Assembly: GCA_019419485.1 (NCBI GenBank)
Contig: DXZV01000001.1
Span: 2,103 to 59,070 of the forward strand
Origin: Collinsella sp.
GTDB lineage: Bacteria > Actinomycetota > Coriobacteriia > Coriobacteriales > Coriobacteriaceae
Direction: 5' to 3'
Length of the DNA stretch: 56,968 nucleotides
The translations under genes and the position numbers were made by a program. Below are positions 18,697 to 29,100 of the stretch, piece by piece. The notes under the pieces were generated by a model that did no database searches, was not told where the DNA came from, and saw only the letters and a list, made by a program, of their open reading frames with translations. The first letter of the stretch is position 1. Each line of letters begins with the position of its first letter.

Positions 18697-19398
18697 CTAG
18701 ACGCGGGGCGCATCAATTGCGACCTTGCCGCTCTCCAGCACGTGGACGCGGCCGTCGGCGAGCATTTGCACGACCTCGGGATACAGCACGTGCTCAATCG
18801 CGTGGATGTGCTCCTCGAGCGCGTCGACATCCCAGCCCTCCTCGACAGCCAGCGCACGCTGGGCGATGATGGGACCGTTGTCGTAGACCTCGTTGGCAAA
18901 ATGCACGGTCACGCCAGTTACCTTGACGCCGCGCGCAAAGGCATCGTCAATCGCATGCGCACCGGTAAAGCTCGGCAGCAGCGCCGGATGCAAGTTGACC
19001 ACGCGGTTGGGAAACGCCGCCAGCAGCGGTGTGTGCACCATGCGCATATAGCCGGCCATCACCACGTACTCGCAGCCGCGCTCGAGCAGCTCGTGCGCGA
19101 TGATCTCGTCGGCGGCAATAGGGTCGGCATAGACATCCTTGGACAGCGTGAGCGTCTGGATGCCCGCGCGCTCAGCGCGCTGCAAACCCTTAGCCGAAGG
19201 ACGGCTCGACACCACAAGCTCAATCGAGGCGTTGAGCTTACCGGCGGCGATCAGATCGATCAGCGCCTGCAGGTTGGTACCCGAACCGCTGATGAGCACA
19301 CCGATCTTGAGCGGCTCGACCGTATCGGTGCCGGTCGGACGGGTGTAGGGCACAAAGCCCAGGCCCTCACTAGCAGCCATCTGCTCGTTAGCGCTCAT
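18697..19398 (-). CDS. purN: Phosphoribosylglycinamide formyltransferase
   Basis: LISGSGTNLQAL, MAGYMR, NLHPALLPSF, GVTVHF, DNGPII. Confidence 0.96.
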   Translation of the reverse strand: MSANEQMAASEGLGFVPYTRPTGTDTVEPLKIGVLISGSGTNLQALIDLIAAGKLNASIELVVSSRPSAKGLQRAERAGIQTLTLSKDVYADPIAADEIIAHELLERGCEYVVMAGYMRMVHTPLLAAFPNRVVNLHPALLPSFTGAHAIDDAFARGVKVTGVTVHFANEVYDNGPIIAQRALAVEEGWDVDALEEHIHAIEHVLYPEVVQMLADGRVHVLESGKVAIDAPRV

Positions 19399-20491
19399 CG
19401 GAGTACACGACCTTACCGGAACCCTCGACGCACTCGCCCACGCGGAACGGCTTCTCGCCCAGCGCGACCAGGGCTTCGGTAACCGCGGCCTCGTCCTCGG
19501 GGGCGACGATCAGGCACAGGCCGACGCCCATGTTGAAGGTCTTGCATGCCTCGTTGGGCGCGAGCTCGGCCTGACGCGACACGTAGGTGATGACGGGCGG
19601 AACGTCCCAACCCATCTCGGCGCCGTTGCGGGTGACCACGGCGTCGACGTCGTCGGCGAGTGCACGGTTGAGGTTCTCGGTAATACCGCCGCCGGTGATG
19701 TGGGCGATAGCATGCACGTTGACGCCGCCGCGCAGCAGCTCCAGGATCGGCTTGACGTAGATGCGCGTGGGGGCCAACAGAGCGTCTGCCAGCGATGCAC
19801 CGCCGAGCTCCTCGAGCGGACGGATCAGCTCCTCGGCCTTAGCGGCGGCCTCGGGCGTGCCCGGCTTAATGCCGTCGACGCCAATGACCTTACGCACGAG
19901 CGAGTAGCCGTTGGAGTGCACGCCGGTGGAAGGCAGGCCCAGGATCACATCGCCCGGGCGGACGTTTGCGGGGTCGAGCATCTTGGGACGGTCGACGACG
20001 CCCACGGTAAATCCGGCAAGGTCGTAGTCGGCAGGAGCCATGACGCCCGGGTGCTCGGCCATCTCACCGCCCACGAGCGCGCAGCCCGCGAGCTTGCAGC
20101 CGTCGGCCACACCCTTGATGATCTTTGCCATGTGCTCGGCCTCGATGTGACCGATGGCGACGTAGTCCAGGAAGAACAGCGGCTCGGCGCCCGAAGCCAG
20201 AATGTCGTTGACGCACATAGCGACCAGGTCCTGGCCCACCGTCTCGTGACGGTCCATGATCTGGGCGAGCACGAGCTTGGTGCCCACGCCGTCGGTACCG
20301 CTAATCAGGATCGGGTCTTCCATATCCTTAAGCGCGGCAGCCGAGAACAGGCCACCGAAGCCGCCGATGCCGCCGATAACCTCGGGGCGATTGGTGTCCT
20401 TGACCATCTGCTTAATCGCGTCGACGGCGCGGCCGCCCTCAGCGGTATCGACGCCGGCATCCTCATACGTCACATGCTTGCTGTCGCTCAT
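19388..20491 (-). CDS. purM: Phosphoribosylformylglycinamidine cyclo-ligase
   Basis: YEDAGVD, GTDGVGTK, DLVAMCVND, GGEMAEHP, GVHSNGYSL, TFNMGVG. Confidence 0.97.
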   Translation of the reverse strand: MSDSKHVTYEDAGVDTAEGGRAVDAIKQMVKDTNRPEVIGGIGGFGGLFSAAALKDMEDPILISGTDGVGTKLVLAQIMDRHETVGQDLVAMCVNDILASGAEPLFFLDYVAIGHIEAEHMAKIIKGVADGCKLAGCALVGGEMAEHPGVMAPADYDLAGFTVGVVDRPKMLDPANVRPGDVILGLPSTGVHSNGYSLVRKVIGVDGIKPGTPEAAAKAEELIRPLEELGGASLADALLAPTRIYVKPILELLRGGVNVHAIAHITGGGITENLNRALADDVDAVVTRNGAEMGWDVPPVITYVSRQAELAPNEACKTFNMGVGLCLIVAPEDEAAVTEALVALGEKPFRVGECVEGSGKVVYSDER

Positions 20492-20648
20492 CTGAGCCTT
20501 CCTCTCCCACTACCGTGGCGCCGCGCGGGCGCCAAACGGTGCTCATAGTTGTCCTCGATTCGGTGCATGCCATAACAGCACGCGCCGTCATATCAACAAA
20601 ACAGCAGGTAAAACCTACCAAAATAAACCTGTCCCCATATGGCAGGTT

Positions 20649-22319
20649 TTATGCCTCGCCGTGCTCCTCTTCCCAGCTGCGGTCGTCGTATTTCTCGATC
20701 ACGGCGTCGTCGTCAAAGTGCAGCGGCTTGTCCAGGTTGCGGGGCTTAAAGCCCTCCATAAACTTGTCGCGGCCAAAGCTCTCGGGAATCGCCACGGGGT
20801 AGCGGCCGGTAAAGCACGCATCGCAGTAACCGCCCTTGGGCATGACCTTAAGCAGGCCCTCGACCGAAAGGAAGGCCAGCGAATCGGCGCCGATATACTC
20901 GCAAATCTCGTCGACCGTCTTGTTGGCGCTGATAAGCTGCGACTGCACGTCGGTATCGATACCGTAGAAGCACGGCCAGATGACCTCGGGCGAGTTGATG
21001 CGGATATGAATCTCCTTGGCGCCGGCGTTGCGCAGCATCTTGACGAGCTGCACCATGGTGGTGCCGCGCACGATGGAGTCGTCGATGACGACCAGGCGCT
21101 TGCCCTCGATGTTGTCGCGCAGCGGGTTGAGTTTCATACGCACGCCCATGGCGCGCAACTCCTGCGTAGGCTCGATAAACGTACGGCCCACGTAGCGGTT
21201 CTTGATAAGGCCCTCGCCAAAGGGAATACCGCTCTCGTGCGAATACCCCTCCGCAGGCGGCAGGCCGGAGTCGGGCACGCCGATGACCAGGTCGGCCTCG
21301 ACAGGCTCCTCATGTGCCAGCTGACGACCCATGTCGTAACGGCAGGCATAGACGCTCTTGCCGTTCATGATGGAGTCGGGGCGGGCAAAGTAGACCTGCT
21401 CAAAGATGCAGTTGGCGGGCTCTTCGGCTGCAGGCACGCCCTGCTCGGATACCAGGCCCTCGGCGCTGATGCGCAAGATCTCGCCGGGACGGACGTCACG
21501 GACGTACTCGGCACCCACGATGTCGAGTGCGCAGGTCTCGGAAGCAACGACCCAGCCGCCGGCGCGCGTGACACGGACGGCGGAGTCGACCGTCGCGGCG
21601 CCGTCCTGCGACGGCAGCTGCGAAACGGCTGCGGCATCGGCCTGGTCCAGACCCTCGTCCACCAGCTTGCCCAGCACGAGCGGGCGAATGCCGTGTGGAT
21701 CGCGGAATGCGTAGAGCGCCTGCTCGTTGATGAGCGTCATGGCGTAGCCGCCGCGCACGAGCTCCATGGTCTTGCGAATACCCTCGCGCAGGTGGCCCGT
21801 ACGCTGGGTAAAGTAGCCGATAAGCTTGGTCGCGACCTCGGAATCCGAATTGGAGAGGAACGGCACGCCCAGCTCGATCAGCTGACGGCGCAGCTCGTCG
21901 GTGTTGACGAGGGTGCCGTTGTGCGCGAGCGCGATAATGACGCTGTTGATGGTAGAGAGGTGCGGCTGAGAGGCTTCCCAGCTCTTGGCACCGGCGGTGC
22001 CATAGCGCACGTGGCCCACGGCCAGCTGGCCGGAGAGCGTCGACAGGTCGGCGTTGGAGAACACGCGGTCGAGCAGGCCCAGATCTTTGCGGACCATAAC
22101 CGTGCCGCCGTCACCCACGGCGATTCCAGCCGATTCCTGGCCACGGTGCTGCAGCGCACGCAGGCCAAAGTACGTCAGTCGAGCCACGTCGCGATCGGGC
22201 GCCCATACGCCGAAAATGCCACATTCCTCATGCAGCTGGTCGGAGTCCGGATCATACGTCGACATGGTGTTCACCTGTCCCGCGGCACGCTCGGCCGCGC
22301 GGATGGTTTCTTGAGACAT
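20649..22319 (-). CDS. purF: Amidophosphoribosyltransferase
   Basis: EECGIFG, LQHRGQESAG, GHVRY, AHNG, VIDDSIVRGTT, CFYGID. Confidence 0.97.
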   Translation of the reverse strand: MSQETIRAAERAAGQVNTMSTYDPDSDQLHEECGIFGVWAPDRDVARLTYFGLRALQHRGQESAGIAVGDGGTVMVRKDLGLLDRVFSNADLSTLSGQLAVGHVRYGTAGAKSWEASQPHLSTINSVIIALAHNGTLVNTDELRRQLIELGVPFLSNSDSEVATKLIGYFTQRTGHLREGIRKTMELVRGGYAMTLINEQALYAFRDPHGIRPLVLGKLVDEGLDQADAAAVSQLPSQDGAATVDSAVRVTRAGGWVVASETCALDIVGAEYVRDVRPGEILRISAEGLVSEQGVPAAEEPANCIFEQVYFARPDSIMNGKSVYACRYDMGRQLAHEEPVEADLVIGVPDSGLPPAEGYSHESGIPFGEGLIKNRYVGRTFIEPTQELRAMGVRMKLNPLRDNIEGKRLVVIDDSIVRGTTMVQLVKMLRNAGAKEIHIRINSPEVIWPCFYGIDTDVQSQLISANKTVDEICEYIGADSLAFLSVEGLLKVMPKGGYCDACFTGRYPVAIPESFGRDKFMEGFKPRNLDKPLHFDDDAVIEKYDDRSWEEEHGEA

Positions 22320-22605
22320 GGTATCCCCTCAGAGCCTCGTATTTTTGGCGTTACCCGCCTTATTATACGCACGGCGCGACGTGCTCCCCAGCGCATGAGC
22401 AGCGCTTTTTAAAAGCCCACCGAGCTAATAATCAGTTTTGTTGCCAAACATTTTATCGGTCTGTCCAGTGTAAGCGCCCGCGCCCCCAGATGGCCGCCGC
22501 GTCTGCCGTTGGGGATTACAAAGTTGCAATTGGGACGTTCGTCCTGTCTTTTGGCAGGTCGGCGGCGTATCCTTATAACCTACAACAAAGCGAGAAAGGT
22601 TCTGT

Positions 22606-23835
22606 ATGGATCGAAACGAACTCGACCCTAGCGTCCCCAGCGCCACAGAGGTCAAGAAGATTCCCCTCATCATTAAGGTGTACGCCGTCCTGTGCATCCT
22701 TTCCGGCGTGGGCACGCTCCCGTCGGTCGCTGCCTTTATGTGGCAGGTCATCACGGCACTTGTTAACGGCAACGCCACCGAAAAGCTCGGCGACAACACG
22801 CTCGTCGCAGTCGGCCTTATCGTCGCCGGCATCATGCTCTCTGCGGCAAGTGCCGTCATCCTAATCATCTTTGGCCTGGACCTTATCAAAAACCAGCGCC
22901 GCAACACCGCCCGCCTGTCCTACATCCTTATTGCATTCACCGTCGTCGAGCTTTTGGTCGACGTGATGCTCCAGGGTATCGGGCCCTTCTTGCTGCGCCC
23001 CGCTATTCAGCTCGGCATCCTCATCGTGCTTTCGGCCACCGTCGACCCCACGCTGCGTCAGGAGCGCGAGCTGCAGCGCCGCCTGCAGGAGATGCTCGAC
23101 CGCGATGCCGCCGCCGAGGGCATGCTCGGCCGCGATGAGACCGGCGAGGGCTACATCAAGCTCAACTACTTCAACCTGTTCTGGGTATTCTTCGTCTGCT
23201 GCGTACTGGGACTTATCTTGGAGGACATCTGGCACATGACGGTCAACGACCCGGGCGTCTACCAGGACCGCGCCGGCATGCTGTTTGGCCCTTTCAGCCC
23301 CATCTACGGATTTGGCGCCGTGCTCATGACCATGGTGCTTAACCGCTTCTACAAAAAGAACCCCATCATCATTTTCCTGGTGAGCGCTGTGCTCGGCGCG
23401 AGCTTTGAGGTGTTCGTGGGCTGGTTTATGCAGACCGCGTTTGGCGTGGTCTCGTGGAGCTACTCGCACATAACGTTGTTTGGTTTGCCCGATCCGCTCG
23501 TGGTCCTCACGGGCGGACGCACCTGCACGGGCTTTGCCTGCCTGTGGGGCCTAGGTGGCCTCATCTGGATCAAGCTGCTGCTACCGAGGCTGCTTAAGCT
23601 CATCAACAAGATCCCCTGGAAGAGCCGCTACTCGGCCACCGTCATCTTTACCGTCATTATGCTGGTCGACGGCGTCATGACGCTGCAGTCGCTCGACTAC
23701 TGGTACCAGCGCGTTAACGGCACGGAGCCGGACATTCCCGTCGCACAGTTCTACGGCAAGTATTTCGATAACGACTACATGGAGAACCGCTTCCAGAGCA
23801 TGACCATGAGCCCCAAGGACGCCACGCGCGTTTAG
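22606..23835 (+). CDS. Membrane protein, putative ABC-transporter-permease-like family
   Basis: Many TM segments; RAGMLFGPFSPIYGFGA and WSYS motifs in the C-terminal half. Confidence 0.7.
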   Translation: MDRNELDPSVPSATEVKKIPLIIKVYAVLCILSGVGTLPSVAAFMWQVITALVNGNATEKLGDNTLVAVGLIVAGIMLSAASAVILIIFGLDLIKNQRRNTARLSYILIAFTVVELLVDVMLQGIGPFLLRPAIQLGILIVLSATVDPTLRQERELQRRLQEMLDRDAAAEGMLGRDETGEGYIKLNYFNLFWVFFVCCVLGLILEDIWHMTVNDPGVYQDRAGMLFGPFSPIYGFGAVLMTMVLNRFYKKNPIIIFLVSAVLGASFEVFVGWFMQTAFGVVSWSYSHITLFGLPDPLVVLTGGRTCTGFACLWGLGGLIWIKLLLPRLLKLINKIPWKSRYSATVIFTVIMLVDGVMTLQSLDYWYQRVNGTEPDIPVAQFYGKYFDNDYMENRFQSMTMSPKDATRV

Positions 23836-23856
23836 CGCCCGCCGCGCCCAAAACGC

Positions 23857-23897
23857 AAAATGCCCGCCGGTATCACACGTACCGGTGGGCATTTTTA
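23857..23897. terminator. Bidirectional terminator between convergent genes
   Basis: aaaatgcccgccggta...taccggtgggcattttt. Confidence 0.8.
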
Positions 23898-23925
23898 TAA
23901 ACGATCCTTCTATCGACGCAATCCT

Positions 23926-24345
23926 CTATGCCTCGCGCTCGACCTCACTCACGCATTCGTTCTTGATGGTGCCAACGAGCGCCTGCAGTGCATCGACCAC
24001 GTGTGGGCGAATGTCCCCGCCGATAAGCACGAGCATGATGTCGTCACCTACGGTAAGCTCGCCGCTTGCCAGCCACACGCGCACATAGCCGATACCCGGC
24101 ATCGCGCGCGTAGTCTCGATAGCAGACCGTACCTTTTCGGCGTCGTAGTCAAAGACCATGCCGCCCACCCTGTGGCCTGGCGCCACGCCATCGGTCTCGA
24201 CTCCGCGCACCTCAGCCTTGGGCGTCGCGCGCACCACACCGTTATGCGTCAGATACATCCCACAGCCTGCCGCCGAAGCATCGGCCTTGGCCTCGCGCAG
24301 CCAAGCATCAATCGAAGGCATCAATTTGCCACTCTCGAGCATCAT
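23926..24345 (-). CDS. moaE: MoaE-family protein
   Basis: GMYLTHNGVVR, GELTVGDDIMLVLIGGDIR. Confidence 0.75.
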   Translation of the reverse strand: MMLESGKLMPSIDAWLREAKADASAAGCGMYLTHNGVVRATPKAEVRGVETDGVAPGHRVGGMVFDYDAEKVRSAIETTRAMPGIGYVRVWLASGELTVGDDIMLVLIGGDIRPHVVDALQALVGTIKNECVSEVEREA

Positions 24346-24409
24346 TTCTCCCTTACCGTCGTCGAGTAGCCAATTTGGGACGGGGCCTTTTTAGCTACTC
24401 TCGAACAAC

Positions 24410-25408
24410 TTATTCCTCGACCGGCGTGAGCACCATGACGGCGCGTGTGTTGCTCAGCGACAGCGAACGACAGGTCACAAGCGTAACGATCTTGGTTGCC
24501 GAAGCAGCGCGGTCGGTGGCGTCGCTCGCCACGGCCGAGGCGCCGTCGAGCATCTCGGACAGATAGTTCGTCAGTCCGTCGTCGCCTTCAAAGTTGGGCG
24601 TGCGCGCCTTGGCGTACGTATCCTCAACGACCTTGGTCGCCAGCGGACGCAGCTTATACGTCGCATCGCGTGTAATGTAGTACGCGTATTCCATGCTGTC
24701 GAATGTCGTCTGATCGGTCGTGTCCGAAATCACGTTGAACATCGAACCGTCGTTCATGTGGTGGCCGTAAATCGTGGTCTGCTGATCCACCATGCCCGGC
24801 GCGGTGTCATCGCTATCCAAGAAGATGGCACCCGAGGCGTTAGACGTGCCATCGAACAGCGTGTTGAGGTATTTGGAGTTGTTGTTGGTCTGCACCACGG
24901 GATAGTTGATGTTGGTTCCCGGCACGTAAATCCAACCCACAATCTCGGGGTTCGTCTGAGCAAGCGCATCAAAGTCGATAATCGGCACGCCGCTGGCGTC
25001 CTTATCGCTTACATATTGCTTCTCGATTTTCTGATACGAATCGCTCGCCTGCTTATAGCCAATCTGGGCATTAATAAAAATAGCGGCGGCGGCGACAATC
25101 AGACCGATACCGATGATGATGAGCAGAATGGGAATAATGGAGTGGCGCTTTTTGCGCGGCGGCTCGGTGCGATCCGACGGCGCGGCATGCGATGAAGACC
25201 GGGGCGGCTTCTTAGCGGAGCTATAAGACGAAGGACGATATGCGGCCGGCGCGTCCTGTCGACGATGCGTCGCCGGTGTCACGGGGCGCGGCGCGCGCGG
25301 CTGCTGAGGAGAGGATGTCCGACCCTGCTGTGCCGCACGGGCAGCACCCGGCTTCGACGGATCGGGAATCTGAGAAGCCTTGAATCGTTTTCCCTGATAA
25401 TCGGACAT
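24410..25408 (-). CDS. Class B sortase
   Basis: Single TM, NPEIVGWIYVPGTNINYPVVQ, IYGHHMNDGSMF, TLVTC...R active site. Confidence 0.9.
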   Translation of the reverse strand: MSDYQGKRFKASQIPDPSKPGAARAAQQGRTSSPQQPRAPRPVTPATHRRQDAPAAYRPSSYSSAKKPPRSSSHAAPSDRTEPPRKKRHSIIPILLIIIGIGLIVAAAAIFINAQIGYKQASDSYQKIEKQYVSDKDASGVPIIDFDALAQTNPEIVGWIYVPGTNINYPVVQTNNNSKYLNTLFDGTSNASGAIFLDSDDTAPGMVDQQTTIYGHHMNDGSMFNVISDTTDQTTFDSMEYAYYITRDATYKLRPLATKVVEDTYAKARTPNFEGDDGLTNYLSEMLDGASAVASDATDRAASATKIVTLVTCRSLSLSNTRAVMVLTPVEE

Positions 25409-25443
25409 GGCTCTCCTTATACTGCGGTGAAACGGCGGAACGC

Positions 25444-25908
25444 TTAGGCGTCAGCCATCTCCTGCTTCATCTTCTCGATAACCTTGCGGTACTCGGGGTC
25501 GCAAGCACCCAGAATCTGTGTGGCATAGATGGCGGCGTTCTTGGCACCGTTGATGGCAACGCAGGCCACGGGCACGCCCGAAGGCATCTGCACCATCGAC
25601 AGCAGCGAATCCATACCGCCCAGGTCACTCGTCTTCATAGGCACGCCGATAACCGGCAGCGGCGTAAAGGCAGCCACGACACCACCCAAGTGAGCGGCCT
25701 TGCCGGCGGCGGCGATAATCACTTTGATACCGCGATCGGCGGCAGTCGAAGCCCAGTCGTGGACCTTCGCCGGCGTGCGGTGCGCGCTCGCAATGACGAG
25801 CTCATAGGGCACACCCAGTGCCTCGAGCTCGGCGGTGCAGCCTTCCATAACGCCCAGATCGGACTTGGAACCCATGATGATCCCGACAACCGGCTTCTGA
25901 TCTGCCAT
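25444..25908 (-). CDS. purE: N5-carboxyaminoimidazole ribonucleotide mutase
   Basis: IIMGSKSD, SAHRTP, AAHLGG, DSLLSMVQMPSGVPVA. Confidence 0.97.
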   Translation of the reverse strand: MADQKPVVGIIMGSKSDLGVMEGCTAELEALGVPYELVIASAHRTPAKVHDWASTAADRGIKVIIAAAGKAAHLGGVVAAFTPLPVIGVPMKTSDLGGMDSLLSMVQMPSGVPVACVAINGAKNAAIYATQILGACDPEYRKVIEKMKQEMADA

Positions 25909-26067
25909 AAACATAGACCTCCTGTTGAGAGCGGTGACGCAGCGAATCCGCGACCCTTAACTGCAAATAATTCAAGTATAGCCACCGATGCCGATGTGTT
26001 CGGTGAGAGACGGAATGCTTTGCGAGATTAAGGCCGAAGGGTCGGAGCTTTCCGCCTACATTCAAAA

Positions 26068-26108
26068 AGCATGCCCACCGTCCTTGGGTGGGACGGCGGG
26101 CACGCTTG
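26068..26108 (-). terminator. Intrinsic terminator after the GH31 gene
   Basis: aagcatgcccaccgtcc/ggacggcgggcacgctt stem, with an adjacent A run on + (T run on -). Confidence 0.7.
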
Positions 26109-26125
26109 CTTAGCTGTTGCTGGGG

Positions 26126-29100
26126 CTACTTAGCCTTGCTGCGACGATGGAAGAAAGCGCCGATCGCGGCGATGATGGCGCCGAGACCACCGACGGTCAC
26201 GACGGTCGCCGCCGTCTGGTCGCCGGTATTGGGGATCGCCGAACCGTTCTTCTTGCTGCCCTGGGCCTTGTCGCCTGCGGGCTTGCCCGCCTGGTTGCCG
26301 CCGTTCGAGCCATTGCCGGAACCCTGGTTGCCCGAGCCGCCCTGGTTGCCGGAGTCGGCATCCCTGAGGCTCTCAATGGCCAGCTTGAGCTGGTCATAGG
26401 CCGCCTGGAGCTGGGTGTCGGAAGCATTCTCATCACCCAAGATGTCCTCGGCGTAGGTAATGGCATCCGTCAGGGCCTTGACAGACTCGTCCGTCTTGCC
26501 CCTGGTGTCAGTCTCCTTCGCCTGCTTGACCAGGGCCTTGAGCTGCTTCTTAGTCGGATTCTCGACCGGGACCACCGGGGTCTTCTCGAGCGCGCCGCGG
26601 GCGCTCTCGAGCGCCCTGAGCGCCTGGTCGACCTCGTCCTGCGTGGCGTCCTCATCGCTCAAGATGGCGCGGGCGCTCGCCAGGGCGTTCTCGAGCGCCG
26701 TCCAGGAGGCCTCGGTGTAGTCACCGGCCTTGAGGTCGCCGGCAGCAACCTCGGCATCAACCTTTTCGATCGCGGTAGCGAGATCATCCTTCGCCACCGG
26801 ATCGGGGACGGCCGTACCGTAGAACTTGAGCTCCGCCATGCTGCAGTAGGCATCAACGTCGCCACCGCCGGCGTGAATCACCTTGACGGTCACGTAGCGA
26901 CCGCGCGCGGCGCCAAAGCTCATCTGCTTCCAGTCGCCACGGTCGGTGAGCACGCGGCCGTCGTTGTCGAAGGCGAACGTACCCATCGACGCGGCGGTGC
27001 CCATCTCATAACCGTCGGCAGTGTCGGAGACCAGTATCTCGGCCTCGAAGATATCGCCGTTAGTGCCGCCGTCCTGGCGCGGCAGGAATGTAACGTCGGT
27101 GAGATCGTAGTCGCGGCCCAGGTCGACACTCAGATACTGGGGCATACCGGTCCCATGGGCCCAGTCGCTGTGCCAAAGCGTCCGCTCGTCGCCGTCGAGA
27201 GCGTTGACGGCGTTGCTGCCCTCGTAGTCGGCCTCACTCGAGAAGTCGGCCACCTTGACGTTCTTGCGGTTCTCGGGCGTGTTGATGAGGATCTTCTCAT
27301 CGACAGGGCGCATCTTGAGGCCGTCGATTGCCTTCTCGATCTTGGCAGTGGCGTCTGCGACATCCTTCTTGCTATAGCTGCCCTGGCCGCTGTCGAGGAG
27401 CTTCCGAGCCGCCTCGACCGCAGTGGTGAGAGCTGCATAGGAATCCTTGGTGTAGACGGACTCGCTGTAGCCCGCGGCCTTGGAAAGCGCTGCCACGAGC
27501 GCAGAGGTATCGACACCAGCCTTGACCTCGACCTCATAGGATGCGGTCTTGGAGGGGTCGAGTACCGACGCCACCGTGATCTTTGCCTTGCCGGCCTTGT
27601 TGGCACGCAGGTAGTAGCTCACGCTATCGCCAGCCTGAACAGCGGAGACGCTTACCACAGAGGGGTCGGAGCTCTCGACCGTCACATAGGGGTAGCCAGC
27701 GCTCTCAGGCGTAGCCTTGGCGTCGACGGGCGTAATGTCGCCTTCAAAGAACTCGGTCTGGTTCTTGCCTAGCTCGACACCCTCGATGGCCTCGACACCC
27801 TGCGTGTAGTTGAAGTTGACCTCACGCAGTGTGAGCATCTGGTCACCCGATGCCTCAAGCGGCGTGACCTCGACCTTGGTCGCCTTCTTGCCCTTGTTCT
27901 CGGCAGAGAGGTCAAAGGCGTAGCGAGCCAGGAAGGAATCGTACTCCCCGCCCGCGAACTCTTGGATCGAGCCATCCTCGAACGTCACGACGGCCTTGAT
28001 CTTCTGTACGGTTCCGTTGCCGCCGTTGCGGTTAACGACCTCGACGCTATCGAGTTTCGACGGCGTCTTAAATGCGAATGTCATCGTGGTGGGAAGCTTC
28101 ACGTAACTCGGTAGCTTACCCTCGCTGTCCCAGTTGCCACTCCAGTTCCACAGGAACTCAAAGCCGTTGTCGCCCTCGTTATTATCGAACAGCGCGTTAT
28201 AGCTCTTCTGCTGGATAAGTTTCTCGACGTTGGTCCCGTCGTCGGTCGTGAGCTCATCGTTGGTCATCGTGATGTTGAAGGCATCCTGGGCGTACTCGGC
28301 GACCGTTGGCTGAGGAACGTCCGGCATCGTCACCGTGCCGTCGCTCGCAAACTCAAGTGCGTCGCATGCCGGGCCGATAAGCCAAGATGTCGAGGGCAGT
28401 TCGACCTTTCCGGCGGTCTTGGCCTTGAGCTTGAAACTCGCCACCGCGCCAGTACCGTTGTAGAGCTTGCCATCGCCGCGGTTGGCAAAGGCGAGATTGA
28501 TAGTCTGCGTTCCGTCCACGAACTGGACCTTCTCGCGAGACAGGTTCTCCATGCCGGCAGTCGAGCCGTCCTGCGCGATGCTCTCGGACACAAACTCGAA
28601 CTGGTCGCTCTTGAAGTTGACGAGGGCGCCCAGGGCGTTGACGTTCTTGGCGTCGGCCGCATAGACATCAACGGTGATCTCATCACCGGCCTCGACCTCG
28701 GTCTTGCTCGGAATCACCGCGAGCGAACCTGCGACCTTGCCCTTTTGTTTAGTGCCGCCGTCAAGACCCGCCATGGTGAACGAGTAATCGTAGACGTCGT
28801 AAACGCCGTTATCGTTGAGGTCGGCGAAGTGGTCGCGGATCTGCGAACCGAACGTCGGGGTATCGGGCTCGCGATTCTCGAGGCCCAGATAGTTCTTCAT
28901 GTTGGAGTAGTCTCCGTCGGAGATCGTGGCCTTGTTGAGGTTGGAGCCCACGGCGAAGCCATCCGTGCCGTCGGTCTTGTAGATGGCAATCTCGGACGCG
29001 GAGAAGAAATTGCCGACCGAGGCGAGCGGTGTCATGCGCACGTAACGGGCGGCCACGGTGCCGTCAAACGCTACCGTCTTACAATCAGCGGAACGTGCCC

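Noticed and set aside
25915..26060. ZTP or purine riboswitch before purE
   Set aside because: A TATACT -10 leaves only a ~60-nt leader; gggtcgc is present but the remaining ZTP consensus and pseudoknot are absent.
26280..26355. Short tandem repeats near the GH31 3' end
   Set aside because: They encode an ordinary Gly/Asn/Ser-rich linker before the sorting signal.
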